This document shows positions 27,546-37,665 of a DNA stretch of 64,000 nt, in pieces; the first letter of the stretch is position 1, and the number at the start of each line of letters is the position of its first letter. Below the pieces are notes generated by a model, which saw nothing but the letters and a program-made list of their open reading frames with translations, had not been told where the DNA came from and searched no databases. The position numbers were made by a program, and so were the translations under genes. Origin of the DNA: a virus; the IMG/VR virus record IMGVR_UViG_3300024264_002047. One strand, written 5' to 3'.

Positions 27546-28754
27546 TTATGCTGCGTAGGCATCATCCCAGGTTCCTTCTAAACCAGCAACCTCATATTCG
27601 GTTACTCGATTCTCGAAGAAGTTTGTATGGTCTGCACCATTCAATACCCATTCTAACCAAGGTAGTGGATTTTCCTTTACCTTGAAATTTGGTTTCATGC
27701 CTAACTGTAATAATCTTCTGTCGGTTATATATTTTATATATTCTTTTACTTCGGATTTTTCCAGTCCTTCAATAGAACCCATTGCGTATGCAAGATCAAT
27801 GAACTTATCTTCGAGATCTACAATATCTTTTGACATTTCGTAAATTTCTTTTTTGAACTCATCGTCAACAACACGACTATGTTCTTTTACGAATGCTTTG
27901 AATAATTTAGAGTTACCTTCAACGTGAATTGATTCGTCTCTAATACTCCATTCTACTACTTTACCCATACCTTTCATTTTACCGAAACGTTGAAAGTTAA
28001 GTAACATAACGAAAGAAGCAAATAAAGCAACACCTTCGTTGAATACTGATTTGGCTAATGATAAACCAAGACCGCGTAGAGTATTGGTATCTGCCTTTCT
28101 CATATAATCAATCTTATCAGCCATCTCAGAGTAATCCAAGAACGCATGATATTCACTATCAGGTAAACCTAATGTTTCATTCAATAGCGCATAAGCACGT
28201 TGATGAATACCTTCTCTTGCTGCAAATGATCCTAACATATTACGGATTTCGTTATTCTTAAACTTAGGAATAAACTGATCGTAATAGTTCTGACCAACGG
28301 CAACATCTGATTGAGTAAATAGACGTAAGATATTTGTAATATAGTCTTTCTCAACTTGACCGATCTTACCGCCTTTCCAATCAGCAACATCTTCAGACAA
28401 ATCCAATTCGTCTTCGATCCAATGAGCTTTCTCATGTCTTGTTGTAATTTCAACAGCCCAAGGATAGTGAAACGGCTTGTATGTTTCAGAGAATTCTAAA
28501 AGACCACCTTGTTTCTTGACTAACTTGTCTGCTATTGCCATAAGGTCGTTATACGTACCTACATGTTCGTCGTTAATGTATATCTGTGGTACGGATCTTA
28601 CTTCCTTACCGTTAGACACTCTTTGATAAAAAGCAAGTCTTTGCTCCTCATCATCTAATACTACCTGTGTATAACCAATTCCATGTTGATTAAACCAGGC
28701 CTTTGCCTTTTCGCAAAAAGGGCAATTGGATTTCGTATAAATTAAAACTTCCAT
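27546..28754 (-). CDS. nrdB: glutaredoxin-fused ribonucleotide reductase beta subunit
   Basis: N-terminal YTKSNCPFC...SVPQIYI, then FTQSDVAV, EGIHQRAY, RDESIH, NFFENRVTEY. Confidence 0.93.
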   Translation of the reverse strand: MEVLIYTKSNCPFCEKAKAWFNQHGIGYTQVVLDDEEQRLAFYQRVSNGKEVRSVPQIYINDEHVGTYNDLMAIADKLVKKQGGLLEFSETYKPFHYPWAVEITTRHEKAHWIEDELDLSEDVADWKGGKIGQVEKDYITNILRLFTQSDVAVGQNYYDQFIPKFKNNEIRNMLGSFAAREGIHQRAYALLNETLGLPDSEYHAFLDYSEMADKIDYMRKADTNTLRGLGLSLAKSVFNEGVALFASFVMLLNFQRFGKMKGMGKVVEWSIRDESIHVEGNSKLFKAFVKEHSRVVDDEFKKEIYEMSKDIVDLEDKFIDLAYAMGSIEGLEKSEVKEYIKYITDRRLLQLGMKPNFKVKENPLPWLEWVLNGADHTNFFENRVTEYEVAGLEGTWDDAYAA

Positions 28755-28759
28755 TTCGT

Positions 28760-30547
28760 TTATCCTTGGCATGCTACGCATTCATCTTGTTCCTCTTCTG
28801 ACTTACCAAATTGTACTGCGTTAGGGTTAATAATATCATCTAACTTTTCGCGTTTCACTTTTTCGGAAACGTTTTCTGCTCTGTTAGAAGATTCTGTTCT
28901 TAAATAATATAATCCTTTACAACCTTCTGCCCATGCTTGATAATGTACTGTATGTAAGTACTTCTTATCAGCTCCTGCTGGGAAAAAGATGTTAAGGGAT
29001 TGGCCTTGGCATAAATACTTTTGCCTGTCTCCTGCTAGCTTAATTAACGCGTGTTGGTTTAATTCTATTGCCGTCTTGAAAACATTCTTTATATGATCAT
29101 CTAGAAACTCTAAATGTTGAACTGACCCACCATTAGTAATAATAGTTGACCATACTTCATCTGTATTTTTACCACGTTCTTCCAATACCTTTTCAAGATA
29201 TGGATTTTTATTTAGGTGACTACCCACCCTTGTTCTAGAAGTAAATGCATTTGCCTTCCAAGGTTCAATACTTGGCGAGGTATCTACAATCATAGAACTA
29301 TTTGCGTTTGGAGCAATTGCTAACATATGAGCATTACGTCGGCCTGTGCCTTTCATATCTGGTGCTTCACCTCGACGTTTACCCATTTCTTCAGTTGCTT
29401 CAACCGACTTTCTTTTCATATATTCAAAGATCTCTTCGTTCCTGTCAATTGCTTCTTGACTATCAAACGCAATTAAGTTTCTTTGGAAGTAGGAATGTAA
29501 TCCCATCGCTCCTAAACCTAATGATCTTTCTTGTTGTGCACTATAACGTGCTTTACTAATCTCATCACCTGCATTATCAATAAAGAACTGTAATACATTG
29601 TCCAAGAATACGATAAGGTCTTTAACCATATTAGTATCTTTCCATTCGTCGTACTTTTCTAAATTGACTGAAGATAAACAACATACTGCTGTTCTTTCTT
29701 CGTCGGTCACAAGGTGTATCTCATTACATAAGTTAGATCCTTTAATTGATAAACCCAAATCCTTTTGAGATTGTGGTAATGCCGCGTTGGCAGTATCAAT
29801 AAAGTTAACATAAGGTTCGCCTGTTCGGTATCTTGTCTCTAATACTAATTCCCATAGTTTACGAGCATCTACCATTTCACGAACTGACTTGTCGTTAGGA
29901 TCTAATAAACCCCATTGCTTGCCATCTCTAACCGCTTCCATAAAGGCATCAGTTAAATTAACAGCATGATGAAGGTTTAAATTCTTTCTGTTTACGTCTC
30001 CTGTTGGAATACGCATATTAATAAATTCTACAATATCCGGATGGTCAATATCCATATAAGCTGCATAAGAACCTTTTCTTGTACGGCCTTGACGATATGC
30101 AACCATGTCAGCATCAACTGTATGTAAAAACGGCATCGGTCCTGGAGCCTTTTTAGATACTGCTCGAATATCAGACCAATGACCACCTACTCCACCACCT
30201 TTAACAGATAACCATCGCAACTCTGCTGTATGGTCAATCAATCCGTCTAAAGTATCAGGTACATATGTTAAGAAACAACTAATAGGTAATGCTTTTGCTT
30301 TCTCTCCCTTTAAGACTGCATTAGACAGTACAGGAGAAGAATACATAAAGTATCCTTGAGATACATAATCATATATTCTTTGTGCAAGTTTTAAATTACC
30401 ACCGCAGAATGCAACCGCTGCTCGAGCATAAGCCATTTGTGGAGATTTCTCATCATCTCGACAATAATAGTCTTTCAATAATTTAAATGATTGTTCTCCA
30501 AGATCCTTATCTCGTTTTGTTTGAATTTCAATACCTAGATGCTGCAT
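28760..30547 (-). CDS. nrdA: class Ia ribonucleotide reductase alpha subunit
   Basis: LPISCF, GSNLCNEI, AVCCLSS, IAPNANSS, LYYLR, C-terminal CVACQG. Confidence 0.96.
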   Translation of the reverse strand: MQHLGIEIQTKRDKDLGEQSFKLLKDYYCRDDEKSPQMAYARAAVAFCGGNLKLAQRIYDYVSQGYFMYSSPVLSNAVLKGEKAKALPISCFLTYVPDTLDGLIDHTAELRWLSVKGGGVGGHWSDIRAVSKKAPGPMPFLHTVDADMVAYRQGRTRKGSYAAYMDIDHPDIVEFINMRIPTGDVNRKNLNLHHAVNLTDAFMEAVRDGKQWGLLDPNDKSVREMVDARKLWELVLETRYRTGEPYVNFIDTANAALPQSQKDLGLSIKGSNLCNEIHLVTDEERTAVCCLSSVNLEKYDEWKDTNMVKDLIVFLDNVLQFFIDNAGDEISKARYSAQQERSLGLGAMGLHSYFQRNLIAFDSQEAIDRNEEIFEYMKRKSVEATEEMGKRRGEAPDMKGTGRRNAHMLAIAPNANSSMIVDTSPSIEPWKANAFTSRTRVGSHLNKNPYLEKVLEERGKNTDEVWSTIITNGGSVQHLEFLDDHIKNVFKTAIELNQHALIKLAGDRQKYLCQGQSLNIFFPAGADKKYLHTVHYQAWAEGCKGLYYLRTESSNRAENVSEKVKREKLDDIINPNAVQFGKSEEEQDECVACQG

Positions 30548-30561
30548 TCTTTACTCCGTTA

Positions 30562-31260
30562 TTATTCTTGTACATATTCTTTGGTTAAGGGAAAGATATT
30601 GGTAATTACTCTTGCACATTCTACAGCAAGATCCATATGTTCTAACTGAGTACCGTTACCTGATCGCAATTCAATATAATGAATCCATGATCTTAGTGTA
30701 CCATTGACATATAATCTTGAGACTGTATTGCCTTCTGGTAAAACCGCTCTTGCTTGTTCTTTTGCGATTCCTTTATCAATTGCCCATTTATATAATTTTT
30801 CTGTTTCTCGAATGAAGTCCATTTGTTTCATTCTCCAATCTTCTGCTATTCTTCTTTGACCTTCGTCGTCCATATCAACTGCGATACTATTTTGACGATT
30901 CTTTGTATCTTGGAATCTTGCTTCGCGTGGTATCATTTCTAAATCTTCAAGTGGGTTTGCGTATCTTTGGCTAAACTCTTGAAAGGAGAAACTACGATGT
31001 CTTAGTAGTTGACGAGCAATATCTCTTGTCGTTTCAACTTCTAAACAAACACTGACCATTTCCAAAGGTGACCAATGTTTATGCTTGATTAAATAATTAA
31101 CAAGCTTACTATTTGTTGCTGTGTTGTTTTGATTACTAGGATTACTTACGCGAGCACAATATGCTACTAAACCTAATAAAGAATTATCTCCTTTAAGAAC
31201 TTCCTTAGGAGACCCTACAATTGTAGGTACTTGACTATGACTAATCAATTTTACTTTCAT
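30562..31260 (-). CDS. thyX: flavin-dependent thymidylate synthase
   Basis: RQLLRHRSFSFQEFSQRY motif. Confidence 0.95.
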   Translation of the reverse strand: MKVKLISHSQVPTIVGSPKEVLKGDNSLLGLVAYCARVSNPSNQNNTATNSKLVNYLIKHKHWSPLEMVSVCLEVETTRDIARQLLRHRSFSFQEFSQRYANPLEDLEMIPREARFQDTKNRQNSIAVDMDDEGQRRIAEDWRMKQMDFIRETEKLYKWAIDKGIAKEQARAVLPEGNTVSRLYVNGTLRSWIHYIELRSGNGTQLEHMDLAVECARVITNIFPLTKEYVQE

Positions 31261-31266
31261 TATATA

Positions 31267-32292
31267 CTATGTCCTTTTCCATTGTTGAAATTTCAATTTA
31301 GCTTCCAAACCTCTATATGTTATTGTTCTCATTAAACTCTCAACGCAAGATATACTTCCATCAAGAACCATTTCATTAATATCTTTGCCAGGTACATTGT
31401 GTGGCCATATCACAACACTGTGTCCTGCATCGATTATACGTCCCATCCTTTTATGAATCTCTAAATTACGAGGTTCAGCATCAAAGACGAAGACTGCATT
31501 ATCCACCTTTTCAAGCGAATTGGTATTTCCATCTGCTCCATTCATTGCGATTGCATTTGATAAGAACATACTATCAAGTGCACCTTCAACAACATAATAC
31601 TTTTCGTTAAAGTTAACTTTGTCAAGTCCGTACAGTTTAGGTACTTCATCGAACATAATAGTTATATAACGAAGGAACGCGTCAGGGTCCATTGACCTTG
31701 CCGATACTCCGAAACAATTGCCGTCTTTATCCAAGAACGGTATTACAAGTCGAGCTTCGTCTTTCTTAACGTTCTCGAACTTATTTGGTACTATCCCATT
31801 GATCCATTCTTTAAACTTAGGTGCAAAGTAAAGACGGTAATGGTGCTTAGAAGGAATAGACCTTTTATCTATATATTTCTTTACTGGGTGGTTATAATCA
31901 AGTTGGCTGATTTTTTTTAACTTTTTTAATGGATCCGAACGAGAGAATTGTGGTTCGGTAAATTTGGTTGACTCTAGAGTTGATGTTACCGTTTCAACTG
32001 TGTTATTTGCTTTGCCGATGAATTTCTCAGCGACATAATCATTGTATGCTAACGGATCAACTGCCTTTAGAAAATTACCAAAGATATGACTTGCACCACA
32101 ATTATGACAGAAGTAAAATAACTTATTGTCTTTTTCGAGGAGCCAACCACGTGCTTTTGATTTATTCTTTTTAGAATCCCCACACAAGGGACAACGAAAG
32201 TTGATCTTGTATGGGTTTGTGTTTTTGATGCGATATCGGTCGAGTCGCCCTGCCAAATGTTGGGCGTACTGAATATCAACAAAGTCAAGCAT
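31267..32292 (-). CDS. DNA primase (T4 gp61-like)
   Basis: RCPLCGDS...CHNCG zinc finger; VVEGALDSMF, FDAEPRN, KDINEM. Confidence 0.95.
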   Translation of the reverse strand: MLDFVDIQYAQHLAGRLDRYRIKNTNPYKINFRCPLCGDSKKNKSKARGWLLEKDNKLFYFCHNCGASHIFGNFLKAVDPLAYNDYVAEKFIGKANNTVETVTSTLESTKFTEPQFSRSDPLKKLKKISQLDYNHPVKKYIDKRSIPSKHHYRLYFAPKFKEWINGIVPNKFENVKKDEARLVIPFLDKDGNCFGVSARSMDPDAFLRYITIMFDEVPKLYGLDKVNFNEKYYVVEGALDSMFLSNAIAMNGADGNTNSLEKVDNAVFVFDAEPRNLEIHKRMGRIIDAGHSVVIWPHNVPGKDINEMVLDGSISCVESLMRTITYRGLEAKLKFQQWKRT

Positions 32293-32328
32293 AATATAAA
32301 AATCCGAAAATATCTGTTATTGAATACT

Positions 32329-32357
32329 ATTATAACAAATAATAAGAAGGATGTCAA
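32329..32357 (-). promoter_or_regulatory. sigma70-type promoter
   Basis: TTGACA-17-TATAAT upstream of primase-thyX-nrd operon. Confidence 0.85.
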
Positions 32358-32857
32358 CCAATAATTTTAGTAAAATCCAATTTTGTTGCGATAAGGACTA
32401 ATACTGCTCCTATACCGCCAACATACCATTTCCACTGATTCAAAGTAGATACTCTACCTTCGATCTCAGAAATGCGTTTATCAAGATTGCCATTGAGTTT
32501 GCCCAAGGCTTCCATAATTTCTGCATTTCGTTCTGTGCGATGTCTTGCGTTATTATCAGATAGGCGTTGATGATCGTCTCGTGATGAAGATCTGTATTGC
32601 TCTAAACGGTCATGAACAATTGCTAGATCTTTAGCAGTTTCAAACTTGCTCGCTTCGATTTTTGAGTCAAGTGCTTCTATCTTGTCGGCCACGTTGTTTA
32701 AGATCTCGTGTTGTACCGCAACTCGCTTATCTCTTTCGGTTGACTTTTCAAGGATATATTCGTACTTAGAGAAAAACTTCTCTATTTGTTTGATGTCCTT
32801 TTTGATTAAGGCAACATCGGTTTTTACACCAGAAAGATTCTGATCTATATCACTCAT
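32354..32857 (-). CDS. coiled-coil protein with C-terminal TM helix (possible lysis-related)
   Basis: Coiled coil then QWKWYVGGIGAVLVLI; late promoter at 32915-32922. Confidence 0.5.
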   Translation of the reverse strand: MSDIDQNLSGVKTDVALIKKDIKQIEKFFSKYEYILEKSTERDKRVAVQHEILNNVADKIEALDSKIEASKFETAKDLAIVHDRLEQYRSSSRDDHQRLSDNNARHRTERNAEIMEALGKLNGNLDKRISEIEGRVSTLNQWKWYVGGIGAVLVLIATKLDFTKIIG

Positions 32858-32881
32858 AACTCTTTTTCCGTTTAGTGTTAA

Positions 32882-32922
32882 ATTATATCACAGAATACAT
32901 TGTATGTCAACAAGTATTTATA
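32882..32922 (-). promoter_or_regulatory. tandem sigma70 and late promoter
   Basis: TTGACA-17-TATAAT (32882-32910) and TATAAATA (32915-32922). Confidence 0.75.
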
Positions 32923-32966
32923 ACTATGGTTTGCCTTAAAGGCACTATTTAAAGATAATATCTTTT

Positions 32967-33494
32967 TTATTTTTTTTCTACTGCAAGACCAGCAGCAGGT
33001 TCGTCATCAATTGTTACATTCCTGTAATAAACTATGACTTCGCCGAGTTCACGAATATATCTTCTCAGCTCTTGGGTATTCTTAGCCATCATTTGATAAT
33101 CACCAACGGTCATTGCCACAAAGACTATGTCTCCGTTGTTTTTCTTTTTCATTTCGTCTAAGAACTTATCGAGGTAGGTGTATCCCACGGGCCATTCTGG
33201 ATGTTCTCTTTCTTCTAAATTACAATCCTTAGGCCTTTTGGTTTTAGGTTTTCCATCGTCATCTATCTCACCTGTAGGTAGCTTTTTACAAGGATTAGTA
33301 ACGATTGCTTCTGAGACTACATACCACTTTGGATCTTCTAAATTAATAGGACGTGGTAGTGTAGGTTGAATAATCTCAATCTTAACTGGTTTTGTTATGA
33401 TCTCAACTTCTTTAGATCCGAATACGTTTTGAAGTGTACTACATCCGCTAAGGAACGTCAGGAGCATCAAGCTCGCTAATAGCTTTGCTGTCAT
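32967..33494 (-). CDS. lipoprotein, o-spanin candidate
   Basis: Lipobox LSGC, Pro-rich, overlaps the upstream TM/coiled-coil gene. Confidence 0.65.
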   Translation of the reverse strand: MTAKLLASLMLLTFLSGCSTLQNVFGSKEVEIITKPVKIEIIQPTLPRPINLEDPKWYVVSEAIVTNPCKKLPTGEIDDDGKPKTKRPKDCNLEEREHPEWPVGYTYLDKFLDEMKKKNNGDIVFVAMTVGDYQMMAKNTQELRRYIRELGEVIVYYRNVTIDDEPAAGLAVEKK

Positions 33495-33831
33495 TCTCTA
33501 TATCTCCAAATACTTCTGCAGTACCATTATTGAATCTTAATTCCATAAGACCTGGTTTAGCAAGGGCAAGTTTATCAAAGTTATGTTTAGCAAATATAGC
33601 AAGGTACTGATCTTTCTCTTGCTCTATTGCATTATAATTACGTTGAAGGTTACCCAAAGATTTTGTTTGTTTCTCAAAGGACTCCGTGATAGCAGCAATG
33701 GCAGCTTTTTGTTCTGCCACAGCTCCTTCTAACTTAACGTTGTTTTCTTTGAGAGTTTGGTTTTCGTTATATAACCAATATCCACCAAGACTGAGTACCA
33801 ATATGATTCCTATGAACAATTGGTTAAACAT
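33448..33831 (-). CDS. i-spanin candidate
   Basis: N-terminal TM helix then long coiled coil. Confidence 0.65.
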   Translation of the reverse strand: MFNQLFIGIILVLSLGGYWLYNENQTLKENNVKLEGAVAEQKAAIAAITESFEKQTKSLGNLQRNYNAIEQEKDQYLAIFAKHNFDKLALAKPGLMELRFNNGTAEVFGDIENDSKAISELDAPDVP

Positions 33832-33832
33832 A

Positions 33833-34114
33833 TTACTCTTCTTCTGGTGTTTCTACTGACTCTACGGTTTGACCTGTGCGTACGTCGACTTCATCAGCAA
33901 CAATTCCATCTAAACCGGCTTCAGGCTCTGCTGCTAGGTTCATTGTTTCGACTTCTGCGACTTCAGGATGTTCCGCTGTCATGTCTTGATATTTTGTATT
34001 TAAAGCTGCTCTTACTCGAGATGTCATCTCATCATCAAAAGCTTGCTTTACCTTTAACGGATTGTTGTCTAAGGCTTGTGAAATTATGTCATTTACTGGC
34101 ATGTTGTTCTCCAT
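33833..34114 (-). CDS. small acidic protein, possible prohead core component
   Basis: Late promoter 34134-34141; acidic C-terminus. Confidence 0.45.
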   Translation of the reverse strand: MENNMPVNDIISQALDNNPLKVKQAFDDEMTSRVRAALNTKYQDMTAEHPEVAEVETMNLAAEPEAGLDGIVADEVDVRTGQTVESVETPEEE

Positions 34115-34136
34115 ATTATATTGTTAGTAAATTTAT

Positions 34137-34604
34137 TTATACATTTTCCAAACGAACCATTAATCTCTCGGCTCGGTTAGTAACTTGTTTGTGCCATTGA
34201 GAATCTCTACCCTCAACAGCGGCTTCTTTCCAATCTCCTTCGAGAATGGCTGCGTGCATTTTCTTGAATTTGCTTAATCTCGTACGACCCATATTAAACA
34301 TCATATTAACCAAGATTTGTTGGACTTCATCCTCAAGGGCTTCAAAGATCCCGTCTTCGTATAGATGCTCGCATTCTGAGATTGCCAAGTCCAAATCATG
34401 CTCGAAACATTCTTTGACTCTTTCCTCAGTAATTGGGGATCCAACTTGAAGACCGAACTCGGGGTCACTGTCGAGAACCAGGTGTCCAACACCAAACGTA
34501 GGGTATCCGAGATGATCTTTGTATACTTCATATACTACACCCTCGTCTACTTTTAATTGTTCAAATACCGCCTCGCGGTCTAATTTTGTATCTTTAAAAA
34601 ACAT
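34137..34604 (-). CDS. T4-type lysozyme (GH24)
   Basis: QLKVDEG...YKDHLGYPTFGVGHL (E-x8-D-x5-T), LVNMMFNMG, RAERL. Confidence 0.92.
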   Translation of the reverse strand: MFFKDTKLDREAVFEQLKVDEGVVYEVYKDHLGYPTFGVGHLVLDSDPEFGLQVGSPITEERVKECFEHDLDLAISECEHLYEDGIFEALEDEVQQILVNMMFNMGRTRLSKFKKMHAAILEGDWKEAAVEGRDSQWHKQVTNRAERLMVRLENV

Positions 34605-34616
34605 TTCTTTTCCTCT

Positions 34617-34967
34617 TTATGATAATGTAGAAAGATCTACTGTAGTTGTTCCTTGAAATTGTAATAAGGACTCTACCTGACTTTCTGCAAAATCTTGAAT
34701 ATTGTTTGAGTAATAATCATCACCACCGGCATATTCATATCCCCATACTGTAATATCAAACGCGGTGTTAGCGGTTGTAACTTTTGTTACTTCACTGTTG
34801 GCATAATCTTCAGCACTTAATACAGCAATCATAGGCTGTTTAGAAAATACAGAGGCACCAGCAGAAACATCAAAAGTTTTAACGTTGATAGTAATCTTCT
34901 TAACGGTATTATCCGTATCGAGTTTTAACACTTCAACCAATTCTAAAACTTTATCGTATGTAGGCAT
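34617..34967 (-). CDS. hypothetical (likely virion) protein
   Basis: ORF in late cluster. Confidence 0.55.
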   Translation of the reverse strand: MPTYDKVLELVEVLKLDTDNTVKKITINVKTFDVSAGASVFSKQPMIAVLSAEDYANSEVTKVTTANTAFDITVWGYEYAGGDDYYSNNIQDFAESQVESLLQFQGTTTVDLSTLS

Positions 34968-34970
34968 TGA

Positions 34971-35729
34971 TTAACCTGCTGAAGATCCCATTGCTGCTTT
35001 TGCAGCTGCACGTTCTTTATCACGTTCTTGTTTGCGCTTTTCGCGTTCTTTCTCAGTCTCATCACGACCTTTCTGACGTTCTGCATCAGCTGCGTGTTTT
35101 AACTTGAGTCTTTCTTTTTCTTTATCTTGTTGATCTTTTAAACGATCAGTTTCAGATGCCTGTCTTGCTTTCATTTGAGCTTGAGCAACTGCATCTTCCA
35201 TTTTAACTGTACCCATAATATCTCGAATACGTTTCTTATGTTTCTTGGCAGTCTTTTTAGAAATGCCAGGTTCACCATCAGGACCTACTCCTAATCCGGC
35301 AATGTTTCCACCCCCAACATTATTTGTAGGTTCTTCTTCGATGTCGCGCTTTGCCGCTTCAGCAATCACTGCACCGTTTTCATCTATGAATCGTTGTAAC
35401 GCTAAATCAAAGTCCTCTTCTAAAGATTCCTCTGTTAAATAGTTAGTTGCATCAATTCTTTGTTGTTCGCGTATCAACCATAAGGCTGATGCATACGAAG
35501 CAAGTTTTGTCTGTCCGCCAGGAAGCTTGCCTAATAGTTTCTTCAGATTCAAAATCATTTGGTCAAAATTACCAAACGCTTTCTTCTGCGCATTCTTCGA
35601 GAATTCCTTACGTTTGATTAGGATATTACCCTTCTCATCAATAATTCCTTCCTTATATGCCTCCCACTTTTCAAAGGGCGTAACTAGCCTTTTGATAAAT
35701 GAGTACACTAAGAATAAATCTACTACCAT
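34971..35729 (-). CDS. T4-like conserved late/head-associated protein
   Basis: IKRLVTPFEKWEAYKEGIIDEKGNIL; charged tail. Confidence 0.6.
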   Translation of the reverse strand: MVVDLFLVYSFIKRLVTPFEKWEAYKEGIIDEKGNILIKRKEFSKNAQKKAFGNFDQMILNLKKLLGKLPGGQTKLASYASALWLIREQQRIDATNYLTEESLEEDFDLALQRFIDENGAVIAEAAKRDIEEEPTNNVGGGNIAGLGVGPDGEPGISKKTAKKHKKRIRDIMGTVKMEDAVAQAQMKARQASETDRLKDQQDKEKERLKLKHAADAERQKGRDETEKEREKRKQERDKERAAAKAAMGSSAG

Positions 35730-36104
35730 TTAAATTTCCCTCAACCTTGTTTCGATAAACACATCACCATTTATAGATGCTGCGTTCATCATCAAATCAT
35801 CGTATACTAACAACTCAGGCATATAGTTCAAATACTCCACGAACGGTTTTAAGAATTCGTGATACTCATGTAGGCGCATGAATAGCATATTTGTTGCCTG
35901 CGGTCCAAACACATTGAATATTACAATGAGATGGTTCAGAATTAACCTTTCTTTCAATTCGTCGTCTTGCCTATAACGAGAGAAGAGTTTACGGAGATAT
36001 TGAAATCTCTTTATATCCTCTTCGAACTCTGACATCTCAGTACACTGAGGGTTGTCATAGTGTTTCATCGCGTATAGCAGAAAGGTTGATTCTGTCAAAT
36101 TCAT
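35730..36104 (-). CDS. T4-like conserved hypothetical protein
   Basis: FLLYAMKHYDNPQC...ERLILNHLIV. Confidence 0.65.
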   Translation of the reverse strand: MNLTESTFLLYAMKHYDNPQCTEMSEFEEDIKRFQYLRKLFSRYRQDDELKERLILNHLIVIFNVFGPQATNMLFMRLHEYHEFLKPFVEYLNYMPELLVYDDLMMNAASINGDVFIETRLREI

Positions 36105-36130
36105 AACAATAAAGGCTAACTCAGTTAAAG

Positions 36131-36427
36131 TTAAGCGTCAGCAACGACTGTATCATCTCCAGTACCATCTACACCTAAGTCACCAGCAGCAACTGCTGTA
36201 ACTTTCATCGGAACTAAGCATTCCGCGTAGTGACGGCCATTGGACGTATGATATAACCACCAACCTGGTCCTTTAAGACCTTTAGCTCTGTTAGCTGCAA
36301 CGCCTGCTTCTGTTAAGTCAACAAAGACTGCGTTGTCTTCGTCGTTTGACTTATTAGTATTGCCTGCGGCAGTTTCGAGCCACTTTGGTACGCTAGCTGC
36401 AGCGTCTGTCTTTCCCCATAGTGCCAT
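36131..36427 (-). CDS. probable virion structural protein
   Basis: MALWGKTD N-terminus, GPGWW. Confidence 0.55.
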   Translation of the reverse strand: MALWGKTDAAASVPKWLETAAGNTNKSNDEDNAVFVDLTEAGVAANRAKGLKGPGWWLYHTSNGRHYAECLVPMKVTAVAAGDLGVDGTGDDTVVADA

Positions 36428-36445
36428 TGTTATTCTCCTAATTTA

Positions 36446-36688
36446 TTATTTTAAAACTGTATAAAGTTCATCAACTAATTCAGCTTTCTTTTTTCGTTTA
36501 TCAAGTTCAATACCTGCCTTACGACCTTCAGCCTCAAGATCAGCTTTTGTTAGTTTACCTAACGCAGCTTTAGTAATCTTAGGACCTTTTGCAGTTGCAG
36601 CCTTTTTAGGCTCCTTAACTGGGTCAACTTTAGCAGGAGTCTTCTTGTCTAAACCAAATAGCTTTTTAATCCAATCAATCAAAAACAT
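36446..36688 (-). CDS. basic hypothetical protein
   Basis: Lys-rich; C-terminal LTKADLEAEGRKAGIELDKR helix pair. Confidence 0.55.
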   Translation of the reverse strand: MFLIDWIKKLFGLDKKTPAKVDPVKEPKKAATAKGPKITKAALGKLTKADLEAEGRKAGIELDKRKKKAELVDELYTVLK

Positions 36689-36714
36689 AATTTACTCCTA
36701 TTATATAATAGAAA

Positions 36715-37005
36715 TTAACTACCGCAATTGCTAGCGGCTAATTTCTTTTTCTTTTCTGGCTCTTCCTCTATGGATTTCTCTGTAGTTTCTTCAGCCTTTT
36801 CGTTGTCTCCTTTCCAGTTCTTGTCAACGTAATCAAAGAATTCTTTTTTCTTTTCATCGCTTTCAAGTTCAGCTGGACTTTCGACTCCAAACTTTTTTAA
36901 ACATTTTTGAAAGAATTCTTGATATTCAGAATCCTCTTCATTTTGTAAACGAGACATGACCAATTGCTCAATCTTGCCTTCTATAATTTCTTTCCAGTTG
37001 GACAT
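36715..37005 (-). CDS. probable internal head protein
   Basis: MSNWKEIIE N-terminus; late promoter 37041-37048. Confidence 0.5.
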   Translation of the reverse strand: MSNWKEIIEGKIEQLVMSRLQNEEDSEYQEFFQKCLKKFGVESPAELESDEKKKEFFDYVDKNWKGDNEKAEETTEKSIEEEPEKKKKLAASNCGS

Positions 37006-37043
37006 TTTAATTTCCTTCTTAATATTAGTGATATACTGTTTAT

Positions 37044-37313
37044 TTATAACAGTTTCGTTATCCGAATCTGTAAATTATCAATACCTTTAATTAAACGATG
37101 GTATTCACCCTCTTCAATCTTAAATCTTACTCCTGGCTCTAATAATAAAGGTAAACAGTTTTCTGGTTGAAATTGCCAACCATTTCCTGATATTACTTCA
37201 ACTAAACGGTCTTCTTTATCTCTGTGCCAAACAAACTCCGACTGATCTTCATTAATATCAAATGTACGAATATCATCAAGATCCGTATATGGTTTACCAG
37301 AAATAACTACCAC
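37044..37313 (-). CDS. cupin-like hypothetical protein (start uncertain)
   Basis: VWHRDKEDR...GEYHRLIKG. Confidence 0.55.
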   Translation of the reverse strand: MVVISGKPYTDLDDIRTFDINEDQSEFVWHRDKEDRLVEVISGNGWQFQPENCLPLLLEPGVRFKIEEGEYHRLIKGIDNLQIRITKLL

Positions 37314-37665
37314 CTCCCTTGAGGCCAAGATCTTTTGCGTATTTAGGTAATCTACAGGCCCAGTATCCTGCAGACATTTTATCTGTTTTAGTATCGCAAT
37401 TGTGTCTGCTTGCGAAGTTACGAGCCGCGTCTCTATCGTTGATTTTAGCAGTAAGCCCGCCTTTCTCATCGCCGAACTCAATCTTTTTGATATTACCTGT
37501 GTCAGGGTTTCTAACATAAACAACATACTTTTTATTTCCGCTTGAACGTTTAGGGGTATTTAATTCTTGTTCTTCATCAAATTCAATCATCGGAGATTCT
37601 AAAGGAACAGTAACTCCTTCATATAATCCAAAACCTTCATGTTTCCACTCTGTAAATTTTTTCAT
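37294..37665 (-). CDS. probable internal head protein
   Basis: MKKFTEWKHE N-terminus; AGYWAC. Confidence 0.55.
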   Translation of the reverse strand: MKKFTEWKHEGFGLYEGVTVPLESPMIEFDEEQELNTPKRSSGNKKYVVYVRNPDTGNIKKIEFGDEKGGLTAKINDRDAARNFASRHNCDTKTDKMSAGYWACRLPKYAKDLGLKGGGSYFW

